From assembly GCA_964450915.1 (NCBI GenBank), contig CAYVFG010000002.1, forward strand, positions 5,379 to 69,378: a stretch of 64,000 nt of DNA, read 5' to 3'. The notes below the pieces were generated by a model. The model had not been told where the DNA came from. It did not search any database and was given only the letters and a program-made list of their open reading frames with translations. The stretch comes from an uncultured Candidatus Saccharibacteria bacterium (lineage in GTDB: Bacteria > Patescibacteriota > Andersenbacteria > UBA10190). Below, in pieces: positions 18,347 through 28,130 of this stretch. Positions within the stretch are counted from its first letter, which is position 1. Each line of letters opens with the position of its first letter. The translations under genes were made by a program, and so were the position numbers.

Positions 18347-20728
18347 ATGCATACAGGGGCATTTTTAAAACTATTTACGTATGTTCGGTCATATCCCGTA
18401 GTAGTTTTATTCTGCCTGTTTCTTATTGTGATTGCATGCTACCTTGCCGCGCCTATTTCATACAGCCGCATAATCCCAGCTCCGCAAGGCGAAAATGATC
18501 GATTGTATTTTGGGGGCGCGAAAGTCGTGTCCCAAGAATTTATTCCGCACACCGGGTTGTCGGAAATTAACGTTCCGGTAGGAAGCGCCGATCATCCTAA
18601 GACTCCTCTTATATTGCATATTCGAAAATCAGCTGACAGTAGTGACATTGTGGCCATACCGCTCTTCTCGCTACAAAATGAAACTGCAAAGTTCAGATTC
18701 AATCCGATACTGCTGCCGCCTTCTCGTTTAGTGTGGATTATTGAGGCTCCGCACGCTGCAGGAAATTCGTTTTGGACATATCGCGAACAGGATGTCACGG
18801 CGTTTCCGGAAGGCCACACATATCAAAATAACAGATCCGTTAAAGGTAATATCGGATTTTCGGAGGTATGGACATATCCAAGATTCGCAGCAATTATTCA
18901 TACATTTAAAACATCGTCAGGGCATGGATTTGCTCCATTCGAATATGCCAGCGCGTACGCGGGGATTGCGGCACTTGCGGGTGCTATGCTGCTGAAGCGA
19001 CGAAACATAGCCGAAAAAACTATTGTGCTATGGTGCATTGCACTTGGAATAGCTCTGCATATATGGCTCGCCCTCACCACGCCCGTTATTATTGATGAAG
19101 GCGCTTATATTCAGGATATATTGCAGGCATCGCACCATCTGCTCCCGTTCCGAGATTTTCTTACAAAAGGCCCCGCATACCTATTTATATTGTGGTTGTG
19201 GAGTTTTATAGTGCCGCACACCGTTGTTGCATGGAGGCTCCTCTCGGCAATCTTATGGGCATTGGGGACGTGGTGGTTTTGGCAGCTTGCAATTGAATTT
19301 GATTTGCAGAAACGCTCTCGACTTCTCGCGACTGCGGCATTCGGCATTATGCCGGCATCAATAGCGCTGAGTACGCCTTTGTTGCTCGAAACCGCAAGTA
19401 TCCCAATTTCTCTGTTAGGGCTTTTATGCATCATCCGATCAGCAAAAAAATCTTCCTGGAAACTTGCAGCGCTTGCAGGGGCAGTGTTTGCAATGGCATT
19501 TTTCGTGCGTGTTACTGCTGCTATTCCCGCATGTATTGCATTGATCGCGCTTCTCGTGTTTGCTAAAAAACAATTCAAAATAAAGTTAGCAGGTGCGTAT
19601 ATTGCAACTGGGCTTTTATTATTCGGTCTGATGTTCTGCTCGAGTGTGGCAATTATGGGCATTCATAAAGCATCCGTCGTGGTAAATATGGAAGCTCTCC
19701 TTATTTCTCAGAATCGCCAGCAGAATGTTCAAGTTTCTGATGCGCCCAGCGACCCTGCGTTTAGAACTATTATTATTCAATCTCGATTGCTATGGAGAAC
19801 TGGTGTTTTGTTTGTTGCGTCGCTTTTCTTAATTCCTCTCCTGCTTATTGATCGTCGAAGAATTCTACTGTCGTTTTCCATTTTTACTGCCCTGTTCTTT
19901 GCATGCAGATACGTTGTTCTTACGTTGTACGATACCGGGTTTTTGTTGCCGAAACACTTCGCCACCTCAGTACCGTTTATATTGATTATGATTATTGGAG
20001 TCCCGCTCCTTACTGCGTTCGCGGCGTTTTTCTATAATCGAACCGAAAAGATGCGAGACCACTCAACACAAGCCCTTTTCGTCATACTATTCTTGGTATG
20101 GCTTGCGTTCTCGGGGTACGCGTATGCAAAATATGGAAGATTTCGTCAAAGTTACCTTACTGAATTCATCCCTCAGCTGGCACTCTTTTTCGGAGTCGGG
20201 TTTCATTTCCTATTTACTACTTGGAGTGCCATAAGGCCCGTATGGCTTTCTCGGCTACTCACTGGCGGGATGTTGTTTTTAATGGGCGCAGGCGTATATC
20301 AAGGGTATGCAATGGCTGAGATGTTCCCGCATACCGGTACGGTGGATCAGGGAAGTCTCGTTCGTATTGTGAGGCTTATTCAAGAAAATGTTCCAAAAGG
20401 GGATATGATCTTTACTGCCCAGCCGGTAGCAACTGCGTTTTCTGAGCGACAGATCATGTTCGGGTATTCTCATCCCGGGTGGTATCGGGAAGCTATGTTC
20501 GGTACCGTTTCTGTAGAATTACGGAATCTATTATTCAGGACTCCTGAGGCGATAACCGATTATTTAAAACATGAAGCTGAATTCGTGCTGACGGATAGCA
20601 GAACAAATGAAATCTATTTCGATGGATATCCGGAGCGTGCTGCTATCCTGAAACAGGATTTTGAAGAAATTTCCTCCACTATAAACGAAACTGCAGGAGA
20701 TACGTACACCCTTTACCGTCGGCGCTAA
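18347..20728 (+). CDS. GT-C membrane glycosyltransferase, paralog family B. It carries an extra N-terminal anchor plus beta-rich module of about 220 aa.
   Basis: IIDEGAYIQDILQASHHLLPFRDF is a PMT_2 DE motif. C-terminal FTAQPVATAFS...HPGWY is shared with 22977. Confidence 0.6.
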   Translation: MHTGAFLKLFTYVRSYPVVVLFCLFLIVIACYLAAPISYSRIIPAPQGENDRLYFGGAKVVSQEFIPHTGLSEINVPVGSADHPKTPLILHIRKSADSSDIVAIPLFSLQNETAKFRFNPILLPPSRLVWIIEAPHAAGNSFWTYREQDVTAFPEGHTYQNNRSVKGNIGFSEVWTYPRFAAIIHTFKTSSGHGFAPFEYASAYAGIAALAGAMLLKRRNIAEKTIVLWCIALGIALHIWLALTTPVIIDEGAYIQDILQASHHLLPFRDFLTKGPAYLFILWLWSFIVPHTVVAWRLLSAILWALGTWWFWQLAIEFDLQKRSRLLATAAFGIMPASIALSTPLLLETASIPISLLGLLCIIRSAKKSSWKLAALAGAVFAMAFFVRVTAAIPACIALIALLVFAKKQFKIKLAGAYIATGLLLFGLMFCSSVAIMGIHKASVVVNMEALLISQNRQQNVQVSDAPSDPAFRTIIIQSRLLWRTGVLFVASLFLIPLLLIDRRRILLSFSIFTALFFACRYVVLTLYDTGFLLPKHFATSVPFILIMIIGVPLLTAFAAFFYNRTEKMRDHSTQALFVILFLVWLAFSGYAYAKYGRFRQSYLTEFIPQLALFFGVGFHFLFTTWSAIRPVWLSRLLTGGMLFLMGAGVYQGYAMAEMFPHTGTVDQGSLVRIVRLIQENVPKGDMIFTAQPVATAFSERQIMFGYSHPGWYREAMFGTVSVELRNLLFRTPEAITDYLKHEAEFVLTDSRTNEIYFDGYPERAAILKQDFEEISSTINETAGDTYTLYRRR

Positions 20729-22167
20729 CGCTTGAATATCCACACGTACGGGAGGCCGTTGATAGTGACAATATGATCGGGTGTTTTGTTGCTCTGCAGA
20801 TAGTTATTTACAATATCTGTTTCAGGGGCGTCGGCACCTCGTTCAAACATGGACCGATATATTACTACATAGTCAGCGTTAGAGTCGTCGATGTGCGTTA
20901 TAGGGTCAACCTGGCCATTGTAAAAGTATTGGAACACGCTTCCGTAATATGACAGTACTTTAGCTCCTGGATGATTCGTTTGTATCCATGCAGCAGCTTG
21001 TTCCAACCCTTCCCCCCAGCCGAGCTTATGCTGTGCCTCAATCGGATATAGTCGGTTATACTGAGCCAAATAATAGGGATATAAGCGAATATCGTCGATT
21101 GCTAAATATGCAATTGGAATCGCAATTGCCAGTAGAGCCCATCGTTTTGCGTATCGAAGGCCAAGGGGCGCGGCGATTACTAATGTCAGCATTGAAAATA
21201 ATACATATCGATCGCTTTTATCTGATCCAGTATTCAAAACGAATGCAAATATCGCCCCTGCGAACAAGAAGAATGTTACGGTAGCAGCGTGTCGAGATTT
21301 TCTGATATTCTTTAGTTGCCATAATCCAAATGGCAGCAATAGTGCTACTGGTACGGACATGCGGAAGAATATTTCTCGCGCATAGTACCAGGAGGCAGAC
21401 GTCGTTTGCTGTTCTCGTGTTCCTTCGGTATGCAGAGTTGCTCGGGTGAACAGCAAGTTCCACACCTTATCGGCATGAAACCATAGCGCTGGCCAAGCAA
21501 TGAATACGGACAGTGCAAACACCCCTATCCATAAGCACGACAATCTAACAAGAGTTCTGAGTCTATGATTCTTCTTCCAATTTTTCCATACAATAATTGC
21601 CAATGCTGTTGGAATAAGGATGATGGCAAATATTTTTGTGAGCAGCGCGAATGCTCCAAAGATGGCGCTTGCAATAATATATCTTCGCTGAACACGGGGT
21701 GTTATAAATGCACATAACAGGCTGGCGATAGATGCAAGATAGAACAATGCGAGCAGTGCATCCGTGTGAGCTATTCTGCTATGTGCGATTAAAAACGGAT
21801 CGAGTGCAAGAAAGAATCCTGTAATGAGTCCCCAGCGCTTGCCGATGAGCAGTATAAGAAAATAGGTAATAATGACAATAAGGATGCTTGTTGCAAGCGC
21901 GATTGCTGTTTGGGCAGCTGCAAGGGATCGCCATGGGGTAGAAAATCCAATGAGCCAGGTTGTGGTAACGCCTGGCTGGCCTGCTATGAGCGTTCGTTCA
22001 AAATTCCCTACAGAAAGACCGTTTATAAATGTTGCTCCTCGAGACATCCAAAGAGGCTCATCTGTAGTAAGGATATGGCCTAATCCGACGAGGCGGGGAA
22101 TAAAGACTGTTGATAGGAATATGAGGCCCACTATATATTTCTTTGTGCGCTGATCCAGAAATTTCAT
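20725..22167 (-). CDS. GT-C membrane glycosyltransferase, paralog family A.
   Basis: PRLVGLGHILTTDEPLWMSRGATF...QPGVTTTW and LGWGEGLEQAAAWIQTNHPGAKVLSYY. Confidence 0.65.
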   Translation of the reverse strand: MKFLDQRTKKYIVGLIFLSTVFIPRLVGLGHILTTDEPLWMSRGATFINGLSVGNFERTLIAGQPGVTTTWLIGFSTPWRSLAAAQTAIALATSILIVIITYFLILLIGKRWGLITGFFLALDPFLIAHSRIAHTDALLALFYLASIASLLCAFITPRVQRRYIIASAIFGAFALLTKIFAIILIPTALAIIVWKNWKKNHRLRTLVRLSCLWIGVFALSVFIAWPALWFHADKVWNLLFTRATLHTEGTREQQTTSASWYYAREIFFRMSVPVALLLPFGLWQLKNIRKSRHAATVTFFLFAGAIFAFVLNTGSDKSDRYVLFSMLTLVIAAPLGLRYAKRWALLAIAIPIAYLAIDDIRLYPYYLAQYNRLYPIEAQHKLGWGEGLEQAAAWIQTNHPGAKVLSYYGSVFQYFYNGQVDPITHIDDSNADYVVIYRSMFERGADAPETDIVNNYLQSNKTPDHIVTINGLPYVWIFKR

Positions 22168-22184
22168 ATGATTGATGCTGGCGA

Positions 22185-22892
22185 CTATTTTCGCGCAACT
22201 GCAATAAAATGCAATGCGAATATTTTTTTCTTGTCGCTATGATTATCGAGCAAAATTGCCATTTCCCCAGTGATTTTGCTTATTTGAAATACGATTGGCC
22301 ATACAAGTGGAATGTGATATGTCATTCCGACTGCCGTTGTTGCAATAATTCCTTGCAAGAACGAAAACAAGCTGCCAGAGGGTTCAAGATGCTCAACGGT
22401 GAATCCTACGCGTTCGAGCAATGTTCGAAGTCCATACTTCGTGTATCGATAGAAATCATTTGGTTCGTTGTGCAGATACATAAGGTGGGGAATGGAGATC
22501 ACCAGCTTTCCTCCCGGTTTGAGTACTCGATAAATTTCTCGCAACGCTTTTTCTGGATCGGGAACATGCTCCAGCACCTCTGCAGAAAGGACGGTATCGA
22601 ATGATTCGTCTGCAATTGGCATGTCTTGAATATCGGATTGGTAATCTAGCTCTGGGTGAGTATTGAACACATCCATGCTTTTATATTCCTCGCAAAAAGG
22701 AAGCACCAAGTGGCGGTAAGAAAGTTTGCCAGCCCCTGCATCAAGTAATTTTCCGCGAATATTTTCTTTATTGAGAATCTTTTTAAAGTCTACTAAGAGG
22801 GAATATCCAAGAGCGCTTCGTTCCCAAAAGGCATCAGAGCCGGACAGATTGTCAGAAGATTTGCTCCAATTGCTTTTAATCTTGTCATACAT
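22185..22892 (-). CDS. Class I SAM-dependent methyltransferase.
   Basis: LDAGAGKLSY (motif I) and VLKPGGKLVIS (post II/III). Confidence 0.8.
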   Translation of the reverse strand: MYDKIKSNWSKSSDNLSGSDAFWERSALGYSLLVDFKKILNKENIRGKLLDAGAGKLSYRHLVLPFCEEYKSMDVFNTHPELDYQSDIQDMPIADESFDTVLSAEVLEHVPDPEKALREIYRVLKPGGKLVISIPHLMYLHNEPNDFYRYTKYGLRTLLERVGFTVEHLEPSGSLFSFLQGIIATTAVGMTYHIPLVWPIVFQISKITGEMAILLDNHSDKKKIFALHFIAVARK

Positions 22893-22976
22893 TGCTTGAG
22901 CATATCATGTGATTTTTTTAAAAAAAAGCCCAACGAGCTACTGTCTTTATCCCGGATGATTTGATATTATGTTTTT

Positions 22977-24494
22977 ATGAATTCAAGTACTGTTCGGTTT
23001 TTTAGCGTATTGGCTGTAGCGTCCTTCCTCCTCCATCTCTTTTTAATTCCCCAGCTCAATATCATCGAAGATGAGAGCGCATATATGCAAGACGCTGCTC
23101 AGATTACAGCCCACGTGCTCCCATTTCGAGATTTCGGCGGAACGAAGGGGCCGTTGTGGCTCGTCATCTTCCATGGATGGCAAAGCGCGTTCGGCCATTC
23201 CCTTCTTGCGACGAGACTCTTTTCTTCTCTCGCCCATATCGCGTCGATATTCTTACTATGGTATTTCATCAAAACATTTCGTGTTTCAGATAAAGTTGCA
23301 TACATTGCTACCGCATTGTGGGGGTTGTCTCCGGTTGTGGTGAGCTTAACTACCAATATTACGCATATTCCACTTGAGTTGGTATGCGTCTTTGCTGCGT
23401 TCCTGTGTCTTCGGCAGGCGCGATACCGATACTTCTTTTTGGCCGGCCTACTGCTATTTGCTGCGCTGCTCATGAGGGCTACTGCCATCGCCTTTATTCC
23501 TTCTGCGCTTATCCTCATTCTCATTCGTACCGACAGGTGGGCAGTATTGTGGCGCGTTGTTGTGGCCGGATTGATAGCTCTTCTTGCTACGCTTGCTGTC
23601 GTATATCCGCTCTACGGTTGGCCAAAAACGGCATTCTTCTTTAATGCGGATGCGACGCTGATTGCTAATAAACAACGAGCTGTATACGCAGTATCTCAAG
23701 GCTCCATGTTTGATATGATCTATCAGGCTATTCAACCGCTTAGGGATGATGGACTAAGCATTCTGCTACCGGCCCTTTTATTGCCGTTGGTGCTTATATG
23801 GAAAGCAATTCGAAAGACGCAATTTCCTGCAGGGCTTGTTATGTTAATTTTAGTTTGGATAGGAAGTTTTCTTGTGTTTTATAAAGGATGGGGAAGATCT
23901 CCTACGCCATTTTATCCGCTCGAGTCAATTGCCGCGTTATGCATTGCGGCTGCACTTTCCATAGAGCAAGTGCTTGCCTGGGGTGAGAGGTTCAAATATA
24001 AGCATCTGGTTTCCGATGCATTGCTGATATTATTTGCAGCAAATATATTACTTACGTTTCACACTATTCCCGATCATCAGTATCGCGGTACGGTTGAGGT
24101 TTCGGCTGCCGAAGATGTTGCAAAGTACCTGAAAGAAAATGTTCAGCCGGGAGAAAACGTATTTACTGCTCAGCCAGTGTTCGTATATTTTGCAAACCTG
24201 CCTCTATACGGAAGGTGGACGCATCCCGGATGGTATCTCTCTGAGCGCGCAGGATATTTGCCTACAGAAATCAGACGGGTATTTTTCCCCGATATGGATG
24301 TTCTTACGAAAAAAGTTGCCAAAGATGTGACATGGATCGTTCTGGATTGGCGTACGCAAGATGTGTACTTCAACGAAGGAAATCCGAAGACAGAAGGGTT
24401 GCGAACTCTTCTTGCAACGAAGTTTGAAGATCTCCAGCAAGTTTCGAATTCCGCCTCTCGCGATATTCACATCTATCATAGGATTAAAAAATAG
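22977..24494 (+). CDS. GT-C membrane glycosyltransferase, paralog family B.
   Basis: IIEDESAYMQDAAQITAHVLPFRDF and C-terminal FTAQPVFVYFANLPLYGRWTHPGWY. Confidence 0.6.
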   Translation: MNSSTVRFFSVLAVASFLLHLFLIPQLNIIEDESAYMQDAAQITAHVLPFRDFGGTKGPLWLVIFHGWQSAFGHSLLATRLFSSLAHIASIFLLWYFIKTFRVSDKVAYIATALWGLSPVVVSLTTNITHIPLELVCVFAAFLCLRQARYRYFFLAGLLLFAALLMRATAIAFIPSALILILIRTDRWAVLWRVVVAGLIALLATLAVVYPLYGWPKTAFFFNADATLIANKQRAVYAVSQGSMFDMIYQAIQPLRDDGLSILLPALLLPLVLIWKAIRKTQFPAGLVMLILVWIGSFLVFYKGWGRSPTPFYPLESIAALCIAAALSIEQVLAWGERFKYKHLVSDALLILFAANILLTFHTIPDHQYRGTVEVSAAEDVAKYLKENVQPGENVFTAQPVFVYFANLPLYGRWTHPGWYLSERAGYLPTEIRRVFFPDMDVLTKKVAKDVTWIVLDWRTQDVYFNEGNPKTEGLRTLLATKFEDLQQVSNSASRDIHIYHRIKK

Positions 24495-24500
24495 CACTAT

Positions 24501-24704
24501 ATGAAATACTTGATAGTAAAATATCTTTGCGTGAGCGTTATAGGTGCATCATTAAACTATTTCGGTGGGGTAGTGTTAAGTGACATTATGGGCATCAAAT
24601 ATTACATCGCAGGCGTCATTGTGCTTCCGGTATCGTTTTGTATCGGTTTTGTGCTGAATAAGTATTGGGTATTTAAAACTCCAGAAGTCGTAAACGATAA
24701 ATAA
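24501..24704 (+). CDS. Half-size GtrA-like small membrane protein (67 aa, 2 TM helices).
   Basis: N-terminal KYLCVSVIGASLNYFGG and C-terminal VSFCIGFVLNKYWVFK match the GtrA family terminal motifs. It starts 6 nt after the family-B GT-C stop. Confidence 0.45.
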   Translation: MKYLIVKYLCVSVIGASLNYFGGVVLSDIMGIKYYIAGVIVLPVSFCIGFVLNKYWVFKTPEVVNDK

Positions 24705-24709
24705 AATTA

Positions 24710-26188
24710 TTATTTCGTTTTATATATCCAAACGTACTGTTCTCCATTGAGAGTTATTATTTTCTCCGGCGTCTTTGAGGCATAGTCTTTCAATACTTTT
24801 GTTTCCCAACGTTCGGGAGCTCTGCCTTCCATTGTCCTGTACAGCACCACATAATCTGCGCCTATTTCTTCTGCAGATTCTTTTCCTAATCGTTCTGCCG
24901 AGGTAAATTGTCCTTTGAAATGATAGGCGAATGATCCTTCGTAGTAGGCGGCAACAAGGAGATGTTCTGCATTTGGTTTGGTATTTAAGTAGTACGCTGC
25001 AAGATCAAGCCCCTCGCCCCATCCCATCGTGCGCCCTTGTGCTACGGAGGAGAATAAGGGGTTTCTATATGCAAGAAGATAAGGGTGCAACCTGATTGCC
25101 TCATGTGCTTGAAAGCCTATTCCCGTAATGCACACTATGAGAATGATGTTTTTTAGATATTTTTGCTTTGCCATGGCGTACGCTGTGGCAATAGAAAGCG
25201 TTGTGAGAATATCGAAGCCCAGAAAGACGGGGAGCATGTATCGATCTCCTTTTTTGATGGAATACTGAATTTCAAGGAAGAACATAATGCAGTATGCGAT
25301 GCCCAGTATGAGAGGCAGGCGATATTTGCTCTGCTTCCATAATGCTACGGGAACAAGGATGATTCCGATGAGCTGCAGAGGAGTTGTCCATAGCAAGAAC
25401 GCTTGCGGATACCACCATGGCCCTAATGCGTGCACCTGCTGAGTGAAGTGTTCTGTGGTAAAAAATGTACGGCTGCCTTGCCATACGTATTGAATATTTG
25501 TAATGAGAGTAGGGAATATAAGAATTGCTGCGCCCAGCATGCAAGAAATGTATATTACTATACCTTTTTGTAAGTCTTTCCAAGAAATATTCTTTGATGC
25601 AAGCGCAATGATATTTGCTATCACAAAGTAGGGGAGAATCCCAAATGCGGAAAGTTTTGATAATAGGGCAAGGGCGGTAAATACTCCTGCCCACGCAATA
25701 TCACTTGATCGTTTTTCTTTTATCCACAGAAGATGTTGCAGAAATGCTGCGATCATAAATATGCTCAACAGCGCGTCCATCGCGAGCACGCGCGAGTGGG
25801 CAATGAGCATGGGGTTAAGCGCCAGTAAAAATCCGCCTAGCAGCGCTGGGGCATCTCCCCATAGTCTTCTGAGGAGATAGGATAAATACAGGATAAATAC
25901 TCCAACAAAGAGCGCCAGGGGCAATCTTTTTTCGCCCCAGGTTGGCGCATCTATGGTTGCTGCGGCAAGCCATTGGGTCGTAATCCCCGGATGGGGTTGT
26001 TGATATAAGCCTTTAAAATCACCTGTTTTGAGCGCTTCTTTAAACCCTATCGTATTCTTTTCCCACTGAGTTTCATCGGGGGATGTAAAGGCATCAAGCG
26101 TGGCAATTCGAGGCACGATTGCGGTTAAAATAAGGAGGAGATATAGGCTATAAAAAAGACGGTTATTCATGTGGACAGTATATACCAA
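24710..26188 (-). CDS. GT-C membrane glycosyltransferase, paralog family A.
   Basis: PRIATLDAFTSPDETQWEKNTIGF...HPGITTQW and MGWGEGLDLAAYYLNTKPNAEHLLVAAYY. Confidence 0.65.
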   Translation of the reverse strand: MVYTVHMNNRLFYSLYLLLILTAIVPRIATLDAFTSPDETQWEKNTIGFKEALKTGDFKGLYQQPHPGITTQWLAAATIDAPTWGEKRLPLALFVGVFILYLSYLLRRLWGDAPALLGGFLLALNPMLIAHSRVLAMDALLSIFMIAAFLQHLLWIKEKRSSDIAWAGVFTALALLSKLSAFGILPYFVIANIIALASKNISWKDLQKGIVIYISCMLGAAILIFPTLITNIQYVWQGSRTFFTTEHFTQQVHALGPWWYPQAFLLWTTPLQLIGIILVPVALWKQSKYRLPLILGIAYCIMFFLEIQYSIKKGDRYMLPVFLGFDILTTLSIATAYAMAKQKYLKNIILIVCITGIGFQAHEAIRLHPYLLAYRNPLFSSVAQGRTMGWGEGLDLAAYYLNTKPNAEHLLVAAYYEGSFAYHFKGQFTSAERLGKESAEEIGADYVVLYRTMEGRAPERWETKVLKDYASKTPEKIITLNGEQYVWIYKTK

Positions 26189-26208
26189 ATTAGTGCATAC
26201 TGTGATTT

Positions 26209-26934
26209 ATGGATGTACGAGAAGCATACGCACACTATCTATCAACCCACTTTGGACGATCGGGGCGTCAGGAGGACGAGAGTTTTTTATTTCAAGAACG
26301 GTACTTTAAGAAAAACTATTTGCCGTATCTTCCGAAAGATAAGAATGCCCGAATTATTGATTTGGGAACGGGATTAGGGCACGTGCTCTTTTTCCTCAAG
26401 CGTGCAGGATATAACAATATTTTAGGAGTTGACGTGGGCCACGAAGTGATTGAATTTTGCCACCAACATAAGTTCCCCGTAGTAGAAGAAGAAATTGTAA
26501 CGTGGCTCAAGCAGAATAAAGAATCTGCAGACGCATTGGTGCTTAATGACGTATTGGAACATCAGACGAAGCCTGAAATGTGGGCGATGCTTGAGGCGAT
26601 GCGTGCTGCGTTAAAGCCCGGAGGAGTTGTGCTAATCAAGGTTCCGAATATGGGAAACCCTCTATTGGGAAACGACAGCAGATATTTGGATATCACTCAT
26701 CAGAATGGATTTAACGAAAACAGCCTTCGCCAAGCGCTCTTCATGGCAAAGTATTCCAAAGTATTAGATGTGATTGGCCCGGATATTTATGTAACAACCG
26801 ACCCCATTGTTAATATTACTTGTCGCGCAATTGCGTTTGTATTAGATAAAATATTTTACGCAATTTTCAAGTTTTACGGACGTACGGATACGAAAATCTT
26901 CCGAAAAAACATTCTCGCTATCGCGCAGAAATAG
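26209..26934 (+). CDS. Class I SAM-dependent methyltransferase.
   Basis: IIDLGTGLGHV glycine-rich motif and LKPGGVVLIKVP. Confidence 0.75.
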   Translation: MDVREAYAHYLSTHFGRSGRQEDESFLFQERYFKKNYLPYLPKDKNARIIDLGTGLGHVLFFLKRAGYNNILGVDVGHEVIEFCHQHKFPVVEEEIVTWLKQNKESADALVLNDVLEHQTKPEMWAMLEAMRAALKPGGVVLIKVPNMGNPLLGNDSRYLDITHQNGFNENSLRQALFMAKYSKVLDVIGPDIYVTTDPIVNITCRAIAFVLDKIFYAIFKFYGRTDTKIFRKNILAIAQK

Positions 26935-28120
26935 CCTGCTTATAGGCTTTCGTAATCCGATCTGCTACAGAATCCCACGAGTAATCTTGGACTGCTTTTT
27001 CTCGAACGCTGGCAGCTAACGCTGTGCGCTTGTCGTCATTTTCCAGAAGCGTAATCATCGCGTTTGCAAGGCCGGAAGGATTTTCCAGGTTGTATACATA
27101 AATGCCAAGGTCTCCGAGTATTTCTCGATTGAGAACAGAGTCAAATGCGATCGTTGGAAGCCCCGCAGCCATGTAGTTATATATTTTCCCATTTGCTTCG
27201 GTTTGGGAGCGCTTGGGTGCAACTGCAATGTCCCCTAAGCGTAGATACTTTGGAGCATCTTCGTACACAACTCTTCCGGTTATCCTGACTACGTCACGTA
27301 GGCCCATTTCTTGCACTCGTTGTCGATAGTGTTCTTCGTTCGGGTATCCCATCAAAAGAAGGAATGCGTTGGGAACTTTTTTAAGCACTTCCGGAAATGC
27401 TTCCAGCAATATATCCACTCCTTTATGAGGAGATAATCCGCCCAAATAGACAATCACTTTTTTCCCTGAGGGAATTGCAAGATCGTGAACCAATTTCGGA
27501 TCGCGATCTCCCGGGGTGAATACTTCCGTGCTTACTCCGTCGTATGCAAGAAATATATTCTTCGGAGAAACGGCAAACTGACGTTCTAACTCATCTTGCA
27601 TTTCCGTTGATTGAACAAGCGCGGCGTCTGCTAAGTGGTCGATTGCTCGTTCAAGTCCGTACCACATGTTTTTCATCCAGGTTGTTTTGACCAAGGGGAA
27701 GTTATGGGCGATCAATTCCCCTGTAAGGCTTCCTTGCATGTCAAAGACCAAGGGAATACCGAGTATTTTTTTTAGCATCCAGCCTAGCACGGCGCCTTCA
27801 TGGAGGTGGGCATGGATCACGTCTGGTTTAAAGCTTCGTGCCGTTTTCCATGCGGTAAAGAATAAGAGTGGATCTACATAAAATTTGTGCCAAGATGGGC
27901 CCGGCCCAAGCTTTTTGTACCAGGGCACGGTAGTAGTTCGAACGATATCCAAGCCTTTTAAATCGCGGCCCAAATGATATGTTACTATTTTTACTTCATA
28001 CCCCTTTCTTTGTAGCGCATATGCCTGTTCCGCAATATGCATATGGCATCCCCGATCGGCGAAGAATGGGGTGGGGGCTACTACGAGAATGCGGCGAGGC
28101 TGATTACGAGACGGTTCCAT
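26918..28120 (-). CDS. GT4-family glycosyltransferase (GT-B, Glycos_transf_1).
   Basis: RILVVAPTPFFADRG N-terminal domain and a C-terminal EANGKIYNYMAAGLPTIA-type region. Confidence 0.85.
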   Translation of the reverse strand: MEPSRNQPRRILVVAPTPFFADRGCHMHIAEQAYALQRKGYEVKIVTYHLGRDLKGLDIVRTTTVPWYKKLGPGPSWHKFYVDPLLFFTAWKTARSFKPDVIHAHLHEGAVLGWMLKKILGIPLVFDMQGSLTGELIAHNFPLVKTTWMKNMWYGLERAIDHLADAALVQSTEMQDELERQFAVSPKNIFLAYDGVSTEVFTPGDRDPKLVHDLAIPSGKKVIVYLGGLSPHKGVDILLEAFPEVLKKVPNAFLLLMGYPNEEHYRQRVQEMGLRDVVRITGRVVYEDAPKYLRLGDIAVAPKRSQTEANGKIYNYMAAGLPTIAFDSVLNREILGDLGIYVYNLENPSGLANAMITLLENDDKRTALAASVREKAVQDYSWDSVADRITKAYKQAISAR

Positions 28121-28130
28121 ATGCTTCAGA

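Noticed and set aside
22893-22976. A/T palindrome (tttttttaaaaaaaa) in the divergent methyltransferase / GT-C intergenic region as a possible operator
   Set aside because: It is a simple homopolymeric A/T inverted run, common in AT-rich promoters. It has no flanking specific half-sites and carries insufficient information.
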